DNA from: Cenococcum geophilum
Taxonomy: Eukaryota
Direction of reading: 5' to 3'
Assembly: GCA_050273025.1 (NCBI GenBank)
Contig: CP158635.1
Location: forward strand, 26,660,001-26,724,000
Length of the DNA stretch: 64,000 nt
The position numbers and the translations under genes were made by a program. Under the pieces are notes generated by a model that did not search any database, had not been told where the DNA came from, and saw nothing but the letters and a program-made list of their open reading frames with translations. Shown here in pieces: positions 1 through 14,700 of this stretch (position 1 is its first letter; each line of letters opens with the position of its first letter).

Positions 1-2233
1 ACTTCTAGTATAATAAGCTAGCACTAATAAAGGAGTCCTTAGATAAACTAGTAGGGCTAATTAACCGCCTCCTAACTATAAACCGCATAGCTAACGCCCT
101 AAAGGCCCTCCGCGACTAAGCAGTAAAAAAACCCCCCCGATTTTAAAATAGAGAAAGGATTACTCCTATACTAGAAGCGACTTATAGTCCCTAATATTAA
201 CAACTTATAGGCTAAACTAATCCGCGAAGCTTATTGCTAAGTTTCTATAGTATACCCTAGCAAGAATAAGACCCGTAAAATTATTAACTACTGCTATTAT
301 TAGTTAAGAATAGTTGCGGATATTAACTAATATATATAGAACTGCGAAGACTGCCGGAAAGCTATAACCCTATAAGACAAAACTCTAGGACTACTTTAGC
401 TACTCCTAATACTAGAGCGCCCTTAGTAGTATATCTTTATAGACTTTTATAAGCTACCTATAGACCGTGACGGGTATAATATAGTTATAGTTATAGTTAA
501 CTGCTTTAGCAAACACCCGTTCTTAATTCCCTATTATAAAAATATTAATACTAAAGAGGTAGCCTAGCTATATATCCACTACGTCTACTAAGTTTATAGA
601 CTACTAGATACTATTATGTCTAATTATAGGCTATAGTTTATATTAGCCTTTTAGAACGAGTTTACCTAGATTCTAGATATTAAGCTAAAGCTTTCTATAG
701 CTTACTACCCCTAAATAAATAGTTAGACGGAGATTATAAATTAGTACCTAGACTAGAGGCTTAGGCCCTTTATTAACTACTTCTAAAATAACTAGTCTAA
801 ACTACTACCTTTAATAGACTATGCCTAAGTAACCTTACCCTATAACTCTACAGGGTTTGCCCTAATTTAGCTAGAAATGGGATACTTACCCTATATAAGC
901 TTTAACTAAAAAAAGCTAAAAAAAAACCCTAGACTATATAAGAGAAGCTATTCTATAGTAAGGCCTAATAGTATACTAAATGCTTAGAGGAAGCTTAGAT
1001 AGTAGCTTATAAGAACCTAAAAAAAGCCTAAAGGTTAATAGAATAGTAGGCAAATAAATACTGTTAAAAGCCTAACTTTGCCCCTAGTAATATAGTCTAG
1101 GTTATAATAAAGAATTAGAAAACTAAATAACCTAGCTAAAAGCTAGACTATTAGATAGTAGGACCGTATAAGGTTCTTAAGAAGTTAGACAACTTATATA
1201 AGGTAAAGCTCCCGGATTTAATTAGGGTGTACCCTATTTTCTTACCAGATAAGTTATAAAAAGCTATAATTAACCTATTACCTAAATAAAAGAATAAGCC
1301 TCCCCTGCTAATTTAAGTAAACGGTAATAATAAATAGGAAGTTAATAAAATACTAGCCTATCCCTTAACCCGTTGATTTGGGTCCTACGGTTATTAATAA
1401 GGGACAAGCCAATCGGAGAACCCGGTTTAATGCAGGTGCCCAGTCAAATCCAGTAGCGAATTCTCTAAGGACCCTAACGGGTTAAGGGATAAGATAGTAT
1501 GGGGAATATTAAAATACTATATCTAATAGAAGGGCTATAACCTGGACCTAACCTAGTACCCTATATAAAACTTTATAGGCTACCCCTAGAAGCTTAAAGA
1601 GTTCTATAACTAATACCCTAAAATACTTAAACGAGTAGATAAAATACTAGTATAATAAAGATAATAAGTTACTAGAGGAGTATAGGGATAAGAACGCCCT
1701 AAAGCCCTAATATAACTATCTGCTAAATTCTACTATATTCTGCCGTTTTCTACTAGTACTATAAAACTCTAAATATCTAGAAACTTTAACCGCCAGTTAA
1801 AGTTATCTAATTAATTAGATCCTTACTAAGATTTTTAACAGCTACTCTTCTTAGCCTAGTGTTTCCACTTAACCTACGGTCGCCTTTTAGTACTTAGTCT
1901 AGACGCGCTTATATCTTCTTTCTCCTTATCTTATATTTTATAATCTTACATTTTATAGCCTAGTACTATTTTATTTCTAACTAAGCCTAAGGGCAGGCTT
2001 TCTTTTAAAGAGGGGGGTAATATAACGACGCTATTGCTTATTACCTACTAAATTCTACTATATTCTACTAACCTATAATTAGCTCGCCCAAAGCTAGCGC
2101 CTTAGCGGCTTACCCTATATATTTGTTTACATCGGTCCTAGTAACCCCTTTTTTCCTTCTCCTTAGCTTAGTATCTTTGTAATACAGCATTTGTTTAAGC
2201 TTCGGTTTAGAGGTATTTATTTAAGCCGTAATA
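1..2233 (+). mobile_element. Ty3/gypsy chromovirus family A, copy 1 (3' part: integrase, chromodomain, PPT, 3' LTR 2021-2233), RIP-degenerate
   Basis: Integrase remnants (VIVNCFSK, IMSNYRL*F = IVSDRGPQF-like, GPYKV) and chromodomain remnant (EVNKILA..KY...*KGY.PD, ~1330-1620). PPT aaagaggggggtaa precedes the LTR tataac...gtaata (RIP of TGTAAC...GTAACA), which matches 9120-9319. Confidence 0.9.
1362..1488. mobile_element. 127-bp MITE, TIR CCCTTAACCCGTT, 2-bp AT target duplication
   Basis: CCCTTAACCCGTT...AACGGGTTAAGGG with AT on both sides; removing it plus one AT restores the chromodomain frame (gcc tat aag ata). Confidence 0.85.
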
Positions 2234-2869
2234 ATAGGGGTAGTAGTATAACCGGAACAGGAATAAGGATAGGGTAATAGGCTAAATCCAACCTAAATTG
2301 ACATACCCTCCTAGCTTTAAGCCCTTATAGGTTAAAGCTGCATCGCGAGTCTTAGTATAGTATTAAGTTAAATAACTATAGTCTTTATATAAGGACGATA
2401 GGTTATAAAGGAATTCTAAAAGCTTACTTAAAGCTCTTATAGCGTTAGGTTTGACAGTCTTATACTTCTTTATTAGCTCTTTCTTAAAGGATTAAAGCCT
2501 TAGTACGTTCTTTTTGCGGCTAATTGCTATAATATCGTTAATATAGACGTAGTAGTTCTTACGCATCTGTTCCTTAGGAACTGCTTCTAAACGCGTTGTT
2601 CTTTATGCTAAAGGTCCGAAAGGCCCTGCTAGGGCTGGTTCTATAGTCTCGTCTAGGGTCTTGTCTAGGGTAGGAGCAGCTGTAGTAGGTTCTCGGGTAG
2701 GTAGGTCTAGGAAATCGTCCTTTATAGTTTATGGGCTAATTACGTTATCGTCTTAAGGACTGAGCTCTTCTTAATCGGTCGCTTGATCTTAATTTCTACC
2801 AGAATCTACCTGCCGACTTTTATCGATATCCACTTAAATCTTATCTAAAGTCTTATTATCCTTGTCCGA

Positions 2870-2990
2870 CGTTTTATTAAGCTCTTCTAACGTCTTATTA
2901 AGCTCTTCTAACGTCTTGTTAAGCTCTTTTAATGTCTTGTTAAGCTTTTCTAACGTCTTATTAAGCTTATCTAAGCTCTTCTAAAGTCCT
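2870..2990. repeat. 21-bp tandem repeat (ttattaagctcttctaacgtc) within the copia relic
   Basis: About 5 degenerate copies are visible. Confidence 0.7.
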
Positions 2991-3455
2991 TCCTAAAGTC
3001 CTTTTTAATCAGAAATAGGGTCTAATAAGGCCTTACTTAAGGTCCTCGGTCGCGGCTCGTTATACTTAAGCGTTAATTGATTATAATATCGCTCGCAATA
3101 GGCAAACATCTTACGATTATCTTTGTAATATAGTAGGTTCTTTTTATTGTCCTACTATATGTTCTTATTGTTAAACCTATCTAGACAGGCCACTTTGTAT
3201 AAAACGCCGGTACATATGCTGCGTTAGCTAGTAGAATCCTCTTAGGTCCTGTTAGCGTCTAGATTGTAACTGCTGCCGTCCCTATGCCCTTAACCGGATC
3301 TAGGCCCGTTCTGGCGTATACGAAGTCATTGCTCGGTCGGAGCTCGTCGACGAATCTCAATTAATCGTTAATGACGCGTATCGTGGTTCCGTTGTTAAGA
3401 ATTATGCTATTATGTAGCTTGTAGTTAGAACCTGCGTTATAGGTGCCTACCTAGT

Positions 3456-6400
3456 TATCGACCTGAATTGGAGTTCCTTACTACTATTGTAATACTGTTT
3501 AACGACCTAGATCGTCTATACGAACTATGTCTTAGTTGTCTCTTAACTTATAACTAAATATCTTATTAAATGTCTTATTACCTACTTTCTATTACCTATT
3601 TAACTCAGTTGTTTAGACCTACCTAATATATATATGGAGCTTCTAGAGCCCTTATTAATAGACAGAGTTCTTATTCTTAATTGTCCGTTTAATAGTTATA
3701 AGCCTAGGCCGTTTACTGCATTATCTTTAATTCCAAAGCCTTTATTCCCATTAATTTTAATAATTATCTTAATTATAGACAACTACCCACAATGACTTCT
3801 CAATAAGAAACCCCTCCCGTTATTATATCATCCGTTATCCTTATAAGCCTAAACAATTGGGACGAATGGATTAAGGTTATTAAGTTAAAAGCGAATAACA
3901 ATCGTCTCTAGAAGTATGTCGACCTATTAACACCTAAGGCCGATCTGCTATAGCTTAAAGAATCTATTTAAGTCTTACCTAAGGATGCTAATAGCTGGGG
4001 GAAGACGAAGATCGCGGACCTAGATGAGGAGGAGAAGGAGGAGGAGCTTTATATGCTTAAAGCCGACTATAGGGACAATTTAAAGCTATACAGAAAATAG
4101 CTATTAGCTCTTAATATGTTGCGTAGCTATATCCTAAGCTCTATCTTACGTACCTACCTTATCTATACGTTTAAATGCACCACCACCTATAACGTCTTAG
4201 TATCTCTTAAGAAGAGAATTACTCCAACTAATAGCGCCTAAAAGATTTAAGCAGCTACCCAGTATATAAGGCTTAAGAAAGCCCCTCGGAACCAGAACTT
4301 TAAGGTTTAGTTATAGGAGTAGGAGACGGTATATACTAAGTGTAAGGAGCTAGATCTACCTAAGGTAAGTAGTAATTATTTAGTAAAGGACTTCGTATAC
4401 GTAGTTAAATCTATTACACTAAGCTAGTTAGAATATTAGAAGAATTAGCTTAAAAGGCTTAAGTAGAAGGAGAAGAAGCTTCTTATCTTCTTTAAACTGG
4501 TTAAAATATACTAAAACTACCGTTATACGGAGCTTGCCTAGAAGGGTAAAACCCTATAAAGAGGAACCTTTAGAGTTACCTTTAAAGATAAGTCACTAAA
4601 TTTGAAGCCTAAATTAAAGCCTTAATCGTTAGCAGATAAGTAGAAAAAGGAAAGGCGACTACCGCCAGAGTACCTATACGGAAAATGTTACTACTTTAAT
4701 AAGTGCTAGTATATTATAGAGTCGATTTCTTGCCCATTATGGTTTAAACTAAGTAATAAAATTTAGAAGAAGGTGGATAAGAAAATTGCTAATATAACGC
4801 CCGAAATTAAGGCTTATATTAAGCAAATTAAAAAGGACAATTAAGCCAATAAAAAGCTAAAGGATAGCAGTAATTAGAGCTCTTAAGAGCCCTATAAAAA
4901 CTTTATAGTTTATTATATAAGAGCTAATAATATAGCTTCTAATTATAAGCTTTATAATAGTATAATTCTTAACTTAGGAACTAGCCTATATATCTTTAAC
5001 AATAGAGCTAGGTTTATTAGTAATATTAAGCCTATATTAGAACGCGTCTACACAGGCTTATATATAAAAGAAATTATAGGCTATAGTATAGCTATAGTTA
5101 CAATTAATAACCTAAAAGGGAAAAGATAGATATAGCTCTTAGAAGCAGCCTTTATACTAGGCTTCTATACTAACTTAGTATATCTTAATAAGCTTAATAA
5201 TAAGGGAGTCTACTAGAACAATAAAGAGAATACTCTCTTCTATAGCGATAATAAGACGTACGCCTACTATGGCCGCTACTATAGTCAGAACACTATTAAA
5301 TATAATAAGCTAAAAAGTAACTTACCTAAGGCTTTATTTACGACTTAATTAAAGCTAATAAAGCATTTATTAAAGCCTCTGCTAAATTAGGTAGAAGGCT
5401 ACATATAGCACTAGCAATTAGGCTATATAGGAAAAGAAGCAATTAAGTAACTACCTTAGTTAGTAACGGGCGCGATTATAAAAGGCCTAACAACAGTAGA
5501 ATGTAAATTGTGTGGAGTAAGTAAAGCTTACGAGGTAATATTAAGAAGACCACTAACTTGGTTATTAGTTCCTTTCTATAGAATCTACCTTAATTTAATA
5601 CCCAAAATAGTCGCATTTAATAGTAATAAGTATATAGTATACTTTCTTAACGACGCAACGCGAATAAATAAGGTAGAAATAATAGCTAAGAAGTTATCTC
5701 TTACCTAAATTGTTATTAAATATTATAATATTATTAAACCATAATATAGCTTTAAGGTAGCCATTATCTATATAAATAAAAAGACGTTTTTTATAGGCGA
5801 ATTTAAGGAATAGGCAACTAAATAAGGAATTAGTTTTAAAAGATTAGCACCTAATACTTAATTATAGAACGGTCCAGCAGAATAATTTAGGGGGGTAATT
5901 ATATAGAAGGCTCGGTATATAAGAATTAAAGCCTATCTACTAGAGGAGCTATATCTTAAAGTCTATAAAGTAGCTGCCTATTTACTTAATCGAACGCCTA
6001 GTAGAGGACTTAGGTAGTAAATACCTTTTAAGAGAATCTAATTAGCTATAGGAATATTACCACTAAAACCTAATATAGGCCACCTATAAGTCTATGGCTA
6101 TAGGGCCTACCCTCTTAAATATAATATTCCACGCCTAAATAAGCTCGCGTTAAGAGCCTATATAGGATATTTAGTAGGGCATAATTTAATAAATATATTC
6201 TAAATCTATATTCCTAGTTAGAAAAAGGTTATTAAAATAAGAGATATAAAGTTTAGTAAGCGGTTACTTTATAATAACTTACAGCCAAATCTAGCAAATA
6301 TACTTTAAATAAGAACTAACTAAATATTAGAAATTATTAATATCTATTAAATATAAAATCTTTAAGATAAATTAGAATTGTTATCTAATAAAAGTAATAA

Positions 6401-8748
6401 GACATAAAACAAGATTTGAGTTAACACTAAAAAAAGATAATAGGTGGAATCTAGTGGAAATAAAGAAGAGCCTAATATTAAGAGTAGTAAGTAATAAGAT
6501 TTAAGCTTTAAAGATAACTTAGCTCTAGGGCTTTCTACCCTAAATAAGACACTAAAACCTAACTTATTAAAGCCTCTACTACCGTCCTTAAATACCTTAG
6601 TAAAGAAGCTGCACTATATCCTAGTTCCGACTAATAAAGCTAAGCTAAAGAAAAGGATTAATAGTAATATAGGAGAGTAAAACGTAGTTAAAGGAAAGAG
6701 ACTTAAAGGACAATTAAAGATTTATATAGGCTTTCTTACTAATATTACCGACCAGAGCCTTCTAGCTTAAAGATTAACCTTTAATATAGGGCTCATATTT
6801 TATAAAAAGCTATACCGCAATTAGCTCCTATAGCCGCCTAGGAATTAAAAGGAGCTTTAAGAATATTAATATAAGGAAGAGTTCGCGGCTGCTACCTAAA
6901 AGGAATACATAGACCTTTAAAATAGAGGAACGTTTTAAGTCGTTAATAAGACGATTTATATTAAAACAGTGCCTATTATCTGGGTATTTATATATAAGAC
7001 TAATATTAATAGATATCTAATAAGATTTAAAGCTCGTTTTTACGCATAAGGTAATCTATAAGAGTTAGTTTATAAGAACACCTATATTATAATTTTAGCA
7101 GTAAGATTGTTTAGAGCCTTAATAGCTATTGTTATAATATTTAACCTAGACTGCTAGTAAGGTAACGCTATTAATATATTTATAAATAGCGTAATTAATA
7201 AGGTCGTATACGTTAAGTATTTAGATAGATTTTTAATTAAGGGTAAGTGCCTACTTCTCTAAAGAGCGCTTTATATATTAAGGTAATTACCTTTACTATA
7301 GCACGGTAACTTAATAATAACACTAAAAAAGGAAGGCTTAAAGCTAGTGGTGGAGGAGCCTTACCTATATTAAAACAATTAGTTAATAGTCTTCTTCTAC
7401 GTTAATAATATTATAGCTATATTTAAGAAAAAAGACCTACTTAAGCTCTAAACTTTTAAGGAGCATCTTATAAGAAAGTACGAGATAAAGAACCTAGGTA
7501 ATCTTACCTAGTTCTTAGGAATTTAAATTATCTATAATAGAAAGAATAGGAAGCTCTGGCTTAGCTAGAATCCCTATATTAATAAAATTATAATAAGCTT
7601 TAAAGTTAAAGATTATCGTAAGATATATATACTAATAGGTATTAAGGAACTTAAGCCTAATCCAGAGTAAGCCTCTAAGTAGGATACTTACGCCTATTAA
7701 AGGAAAGTTAGATCTATGCTCTATATAGCTAATATTACTTATTTAAATATGGCAAGAATAGTAAGTCAGCTATTAGAATTCTTATAAAATCTATTACTAA
7801 TTTACAATGTAGCTACTATAAGGGCAATTACCTACCTTAATTAAACCAAGACTCTTGCGATTAAGTACTTAAAGAAGAATATAATAGACTAGATATTCGC
7901 AAGGGTAAGCGACGCGTTATTTAAAGACGATCTAGTCAGTAGGAAGAGCACAAAAGGCTATTTATTTACCTTATTTAGAGGACTAATTAACTAGCAATTA
8001 ACTAAGCAAAGATTAGTAATGAAATTAAGCACTAAAGCAAAGCTTTTAGCCCTATCGCATGCGGCTACTAAGTTAATTTAGTGGCAGTAATTCTTTAAAG
8101 AAGTTATATTTAATACTAATAAGAAGTAAGTAATCTATTACAATAATATATAGACAATTTAACTACTTACTAAAAGCGACGCTAAGCTTAACACTAAGCT
8201 CTAATATATTAATATTTATTACTACTAGCTCTACCAGAAAGTTTATAAAGGAAGTATTAATATTAAATAGGTGCCTACTACGGACATAATAGTAGACGGC
8301 CTAATAAAGGCTCTACCCCGTTAAAAGCATAAGACGTTTATTTAGTAATTATGCCTTATTAATATTAAGGATCTAATTTAATTTAATTTAAATAATATTT
8401 AGGTAAGGTAACTATATAGAGGATTTCCTTTAACTTAACACTAAATTACTATTATAACTTTTTAGTATTTCTATAGTAGCCTAGAAGGCTCTATGCAGCT
8501 AAGGGGGTATATTAACCTAAAATGGAGTACCTTATTACTATTATAATACTATCTAACGACCTAGATTGTCTATATAAACTATATCTTAGTTATTTCTTAA
8601 CTTATAACTAAATATCTTATCGAATATCTTATTACCTACTTTCTATTACCTATTTGACTTAATTATTTAGACCTACCTAATATATATAAGGAGCTTCTAG
8701 AGCCCTTATTAATAAATAGAGTTCTTATTTTTAATTATCTGTTTAATA
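3456..8748 (+). mobile_element. Full-length Ty1/copia LTR retrotransposon, RIP-inactivated
   Basis: LTRs 3456-3694 and 8510-8748; TSD CTAGT (3451-3455 / 8749-8753); GGTTATGAGCCC-like motif after the 5' LTR; PPT aagggggta before the 3' LTR. Confidence 0.95.
3792..8381 (+). pseudogene. Copia gag-pol polyprotein (PR-IN-RT-RH order), many RIP stops
   Basis: Protease ILNLG (=ILDSG) ~4965; CGVSK zinc motif (ORF 5508-5708); integrase; RT WVFIYK...RFKARF ~6980 and FFYVNNII (=YVDD) ~7390; RNase H end IVDGLIKAL ~8290. Confidence 0.9.
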
Positions 8749-11700
8749 CTAGTATACGGCGAATATACCGTAGTTGTCTTCCTTTTAATCTAAAGCCTAT
8801 ATATTAACGTCTTTTAACTTCTTATCTTATAGAGCTAGCTTCTATACTTTTTTTATTTTAGCCTTTAGTTCTAATAACGCATTAGCGATCTTCTAATTAA
8901 CTACCTTCTAAACTAACTCGGTAGGTTTCCACTAGCTTAGTTAATTAACCTTATTTAGATACTAGTAAATATAGTAGGGGTAACGTCCGCCGTATACGCA
9001 TAGCTCCCTCCTACCGTCTTCCTTTAACGACTTAGGCTTCAGTTTAGGCTCGTTAGCTAGTTCTCCCTTAGAGCTTACTATATTAGCGCTAAATTAAGCT
9101 CTATTCTCCTACTAGGCGGTGTAACGGCGCTATTATACGTTACTTGCTAAATTCTGCTAACCTATAATTAGCTCGCCTAAAGCTAGCGCCTTAGCGGCTT
9201 ACCCTATATATTTATTTACATCAGTCTTAGTAACCCCTTTTCCTTCTCCTTAGCTTAGTATCTTTGTAATATAGTATTCTATAAGCTTTGGTTTAGAGGC
9301 ATTTATACAAGCCGTAATATTATACTAAGCTCACCCTACCCTACCTGGGAAGGCCTTAATAATATCCTACCCTAAAAAAAACTTTGTCTATAATAACGCA
9401 TTAACGCGCTATACTTAGACACTAAAATAACTCTATATTACCTGGGAAGGCCTAGATAATATCCCACCTTATAAGCTAGATAGGACTAGACCTGTACCCC
9501 TAGAATTAAAACTAAAGTATATAATACTAACGAACCTTTAGAAGCTAATAATGGCACCTAAAGTAAGCTTATTTAAGAGAGCTGCCTCTACCTAAGAGGA
9601 ACCTAAGATCTAATTGGGATTAGAAATTAAAGATAATAATAATATCGTAGACGTACGCGAGTAGATTTGCGCCCTTGCAGCCAGCTAGAAAGCCGATTAT
9701 CTTAAAGCAAAAAATATATAAGAGACCCTATAAGAGATCCTAGAAAGCCTTACGGCCCTATAAAATAGCCTAGCTTCCCCTTTTTAAAGCCCTAGCTAAT
9801 CTATTTACTTTACTAAATATAATATACTAGGGAGTACGGATACTATAATAAAGTAATTAAAGTCTATTAAGCTCCCTAACTCCCTACTACTGTCTAATGG
9901 GATAAACCCTACCTTTAAGAATTAAAGGATTTAAGTATAAGGAAAGCTCTGCGTTAACTATAACTATTTCCTTTTTAAAGAAGCTAAAATGCTCTACCTC
10001 TTTAGTCGAACCACTAGGGACGCCTAACGGTACCTTTAAGCTAAGTTTAAGGATAAGTCCCCTATCCAATTTATATCTATTAATAAGATAATACGGCACC
10101 TAGCGGCTATTTATATTAACCTAAATAAAGTACGGGACGCCTGGTATAACTATAATCGCCTAATAATAAAACTAAACTAACTCTTTGCTAAATTCTAGAC
10201 TTAATTCTTATACCTTATAGGAGAAGGCTAGGTTCCCCTTAAGAACTACTAATTAGACCTATATAATAAGCTAATAATTCAGCTATAAGAGAAGATTACT
10301 ATAACCTTAAATAACCTACTAACTTATAACAGACTTATAGCTTATTACCTACTATTAGACTTAAAACTAAAGCAGATTAAAGCCCGTCTTAATTAGTAGA
10401 AGTAACTCCGTAGTAATTAAAACTTACTAGCTATACTTATAGAAGCTAAAACAGGAAGATAAGCTATAATGTTACGGCACTAACCTGACGCATACTGTTT
10501 CATACTATCTCGTACTATTTCCTACTATTAGCTGGCCCACCACTAGCGACTTGGCGGCTGGCCCTACTATTTATATATAATACCCCCTTTCTACCTTCTT
10601 CCCCTCTTTATACTATAACGTAGTTATTTAGTCTACTTTATTGTAGCACTATAACAGTTTATGGTATCTTTAATTTACGCCCCATCGCGATTACTAATTC
10701 CTTATACCCTAGCCAATTAACCTTTACCCTAGAGCAATCGCGACCTATACGCGCCTCTGCTGAAACTAATACGTCCCCAGTATAGTCCTAAAACGATCCT
10801 TAGTTTTTACCTAGCGCCTAAATAGGCGATACCAACGACGCCGAAATGGCCGAAACTTAAAACCCCCGCGACGTTTTTATAGACCTCTTTATAGAGATAT
10901 ACCCTAATATCACATAGATAATCCGCCGCTCCTTACTATACCCTAAGACCTTTAAGCCTAGTAAAGCTTACCTTACCCTTATTAATTATACTAACGAGTT
11001 CCTTAATAATATTAAAGTAGGACTATAGTGTATATATAACACAAATACCGCTAATAAGAAAGCTAACGAAAACCTTAGTGCCCTTATTACTTCCTAGATA
11101 GGAACTATTAACTCCTAGGCAGAGACTATTACCGTTCTAAAACAATTAACCCCTATAACAATAGTAGTAACCTAGTAGAAAAAACGGAGATCTAAAGACC
11201 CGCTAATATTTAGTAGAAAAGGCACCCCACTAGAATAATAAGCTAATTTTAAGACCTAGCATATTAAAATTAAGGGAGTCTTTAACCGGGACTAGGACTA
11301 CTTTAATATAGTTTAGTCCCAAATCCTTTATATCTTAGATATACTAGAGGACAAGGCCTATAGGTTTATTAAGTAGGGCCTAAAGCTTATATATAAGAAC
11401 CTAAACAACACATCTACGTGGAAATGGCCTACTAAGGAAGATATGCTTAAAGACCTTACTGCCTACTATAAGGTCCTTAATATAACCTAGATTGCAAAAA
11501 ATAAGCTTAACTATTTCCCTTAGGGCGAGCGTAATTACTAGTTCTAGAAGGGAGAGCTTAATAAGCTAATAGTCCGCGCTAAAAAGATAGATAAATAAAA
11601 GGTGGACCTACTCTAAAAGTTTATTTCTCTAAAGATGGAAGAGCTAGTACTTAGACTTACCTATAAAATTAATAAAAGCGACTATATAGGTTAAAGTAAG

Positions 11701-14700
11701 TAGATAGATATATTCGCTAAAAACCTTATAAACTATACACACTAAGCCAACCTTAAGAAGAACGCTAACTACCGCCTACCTGCCTAAGCCCCTACCCCTA
11801 TATTAACCCCAACCCTAGTAGTAACTAAAGAACCTATAGACCTTAATAGAATCTTAGACACGGAGCGTAAGCGCCGCGTTAATAATAAACTATACCTTAC
11901 CTATAGCCTGCCTAGCTATTAGAAGGATGCCTATAACCCTACTAAGATAGTAAACCTAGTCCTAATGCCACCCTGTTAAATAACGCGAACTAATAACTAT
12001 AGATGCGGCGACTATAAAGTCTATTATAGACGCGGCGACCGCGGAGCCTATTATGGCCGCAGTAAACAACCCCCCCCCTTTAACCCTATAGCTTAGTTAC
12101 TTTAAACTATACCCTATATAGGAGCCTAACCTATTAACAACGCCTAGTATTAGCGACTTTACGCTAGCGAATACAAACATAGCCACGTTATTAGTAAGGT
12201 ATTATCTTCCTATACCCTAACTAAAACTAAAACCAACACTACTAGCTAGACGGACACTAGACTACCCTGCTAAGACAGCCCTATACCCCAGTCGTTAAAA
12301 GGTAAACCCTTAAACTAAGTCGCGTCTAAGGGCCTAAACTATATAAGAAGGAAGACAAGAAGATTAGGTCCCTATTACTAGATTAATTAGTCCTTTCTAT
12401 TAGTAAACTACCACTTAATCTTAGATTAGTAAATAGTAATAAGAAATTAATCCTTATTTAAACCCAACTCTCCTTATTACGTAACCTATACCCCCAAGTT
12501 TATATTAATATAGTAAGCCTAGTAGACTCTAGTAGTACTATAATAGCATTTACTAACGTAGAGTCTATTATAAGAAAGTATAACATTATAACTAAGAAGC
12601 TACTGGCACCTAGGCTACTACGCCTTATAGATAGTATTCTAACTTCGCTTATTACGGACTACTTTACCACCTAAATATTAATCAGCCTCTATACTAAAGC
12701 TATACTCTTTTTTATTACTAAACTCTTACCTACTACCCTAATTATCCTAGGTATACCCTAGCTTTAAAAGCACAAGCCCTATCCTAGCTTTAGGAAACTT
12801 AAGATTCGCTTTAACTTAGACTACTACTCTAGGCACTACCTCCCGTAGGGAATAACCGACGTTAGTAGGGATGCCCTATATAGATACTTAGCACTACTAA
12901 GCCTAGTGCCTAGGACTATATATAAAGCCCTAATAGTAGAAGATATTCCTAATAAAGGGGAGCCCGTATAGCTATAAAAAAACGAAATAGTAGAAGACTA
13001 GACTACCCTAGTACTTAAGACCAAAATAATAGGCTAGCCAGCCCTACCAAGACTAAGGAAGAAAGTCCGCTTTGCGCCGCTACTACTAAGAATCTAACCC
13101 TAACCCAGGCACTATTTAAACCCTAGCCGCCTAGCCTAATACCTAGAACTAAGCTATATGCTATATACGCATACTACAGCTCGCGTTATAGCAAGGATTA
13201 GCTATAAAACTACTAAGACCTAAATAATAGAAACCGCGCTACCGCAACGCCTAACCTTATACCTATCTCCCACGAGTACCATATAGGGCCGCCGCCTTAT
13301 TTCCGCCCCCCTAGGCCAACTAAGCTGTACTAGCCTAGCCGTAGCACCAGAGAACTAGACACGCCCTAACCTAGACGATATTAAATATACTTATGCTATT
13401 AATTTTACCTAGTTTTATAAATAAAAAGACGTAAAGGTAATAAGGATCTATATAGCGGAGTTAGTAGAACTAGTTAAATAAGATAAGCACCAATAGCTAC
13501 TTAAAGAGCTACCTATAGGCCTAATAGAAGTACCAAACCTATTAAAAAGGTCTTTCCGCTAGTTAATAGAAGGTAACTATACAATAAAGGAAGCCTATAA
13601 AGTGCTCCCCCCCTATTTCTATAACTTCCTTAAAATAAATCTAAAAACTAAACCTAAGCTTTTACGTTAGAAGATAATTAATACTAATATTAAAAAATTC
13701 CTAAAAGGCAAACCAGGATTAACCCGTGAAGATATTCTATAACGTCTACTAAAGGAGTTTAGTAAATATATTAAGTACTTCCTCCCTAAGAACGCAGATA
13801 AGCTGCCCCCTTACTAACTATAGGACTATAAAATTAAGATCACCCCCAGAAACTAGGCCCTATACTATAAAAATAGACCACTTTTACCTGCTAAACTTAG
13901 GTATATAAAAAAGTGGATTAATAAGATGCTAGATAAGGGTTTTATCCGCAAATTAACCTTACTAGCTACCGTATCACTCCTCCTCGCTGCTAAGCCCGGC
14001 AGTAGTATATAAATCTACTATAACTACCAAGGCCTAAACACAGTTACTATTAAAAATTAATACCCACTACTACTAATTCGCGAGACACTTAACGCACTCT
14101 ATAGTGCTAAGTACTTTACTAAACTTAATATAATTACTACGTTTAACCGGATCCGGATTATGGAGGGCCATAAGTAGCTTATAGCATTTATTACCTAGTT
14201 CGGACTCTATAAAATACTAATTATACTATTTAGCCTTTATAACGCACCCGCTATATTCTAAAACTATATTAACTATATTCTATATAACGCCCTTAATAAC
14301 TACTATACTGCCTACCTTAATAACGTCCTTATTTTTTCTAAAACACACGCTAAGCACACTAAGTATATAAATAAAGTTATTTAAAGACTTAGTAATGCTA
14401 AACTTTAGATTAATATTAATAAGTTTAAGTTTTACTCTACTAAAACAAAATACCTTAGCTTAATTATCTCGACTAATAGCATAACTATAGACCCTAAAAA
14501 GGTACAGGCCCTATAGAAATAGAAGGACCCAATATTAATTAAAAAACTATAACAATTTCTTAGCTTCGCGAACTTCTACTAATAATTTATTTAAGGCTAC
14601 TCTGCTATCGCTATACCTATAACAAAACTCCTAAAGAAGGATATTAGATGGCTATAGGGACTAAAACAAGCTAAATTGTTTAAGGCCCTTAAGGGAGCCT

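Larger units (their letters stand above)
2234..9119 (-). mobile_element. Internally deleted Ty1/copia relic, host of later insertions (segments 2234-3455 and 8749-9119)
   Basis: Minus strand: gag Cys/His knuckle-like segment (~8960-9010), protease (YKLHNSIILNNGTTIRVIN..RFVDELRP, ~3340-3430) and an RT fragment (YYVYINDIIAI, ~2520-2560). The integrase region is absent. Confidence 0.75.

Noticed and set aside
2021..9319. LTRs at 2021 and 9120 as the two ends of one element
   Set aside because: The first follows pol and a PPT and the second precedes a PBS and gag; there is no shared TSD, so they are two separate family A insertions.
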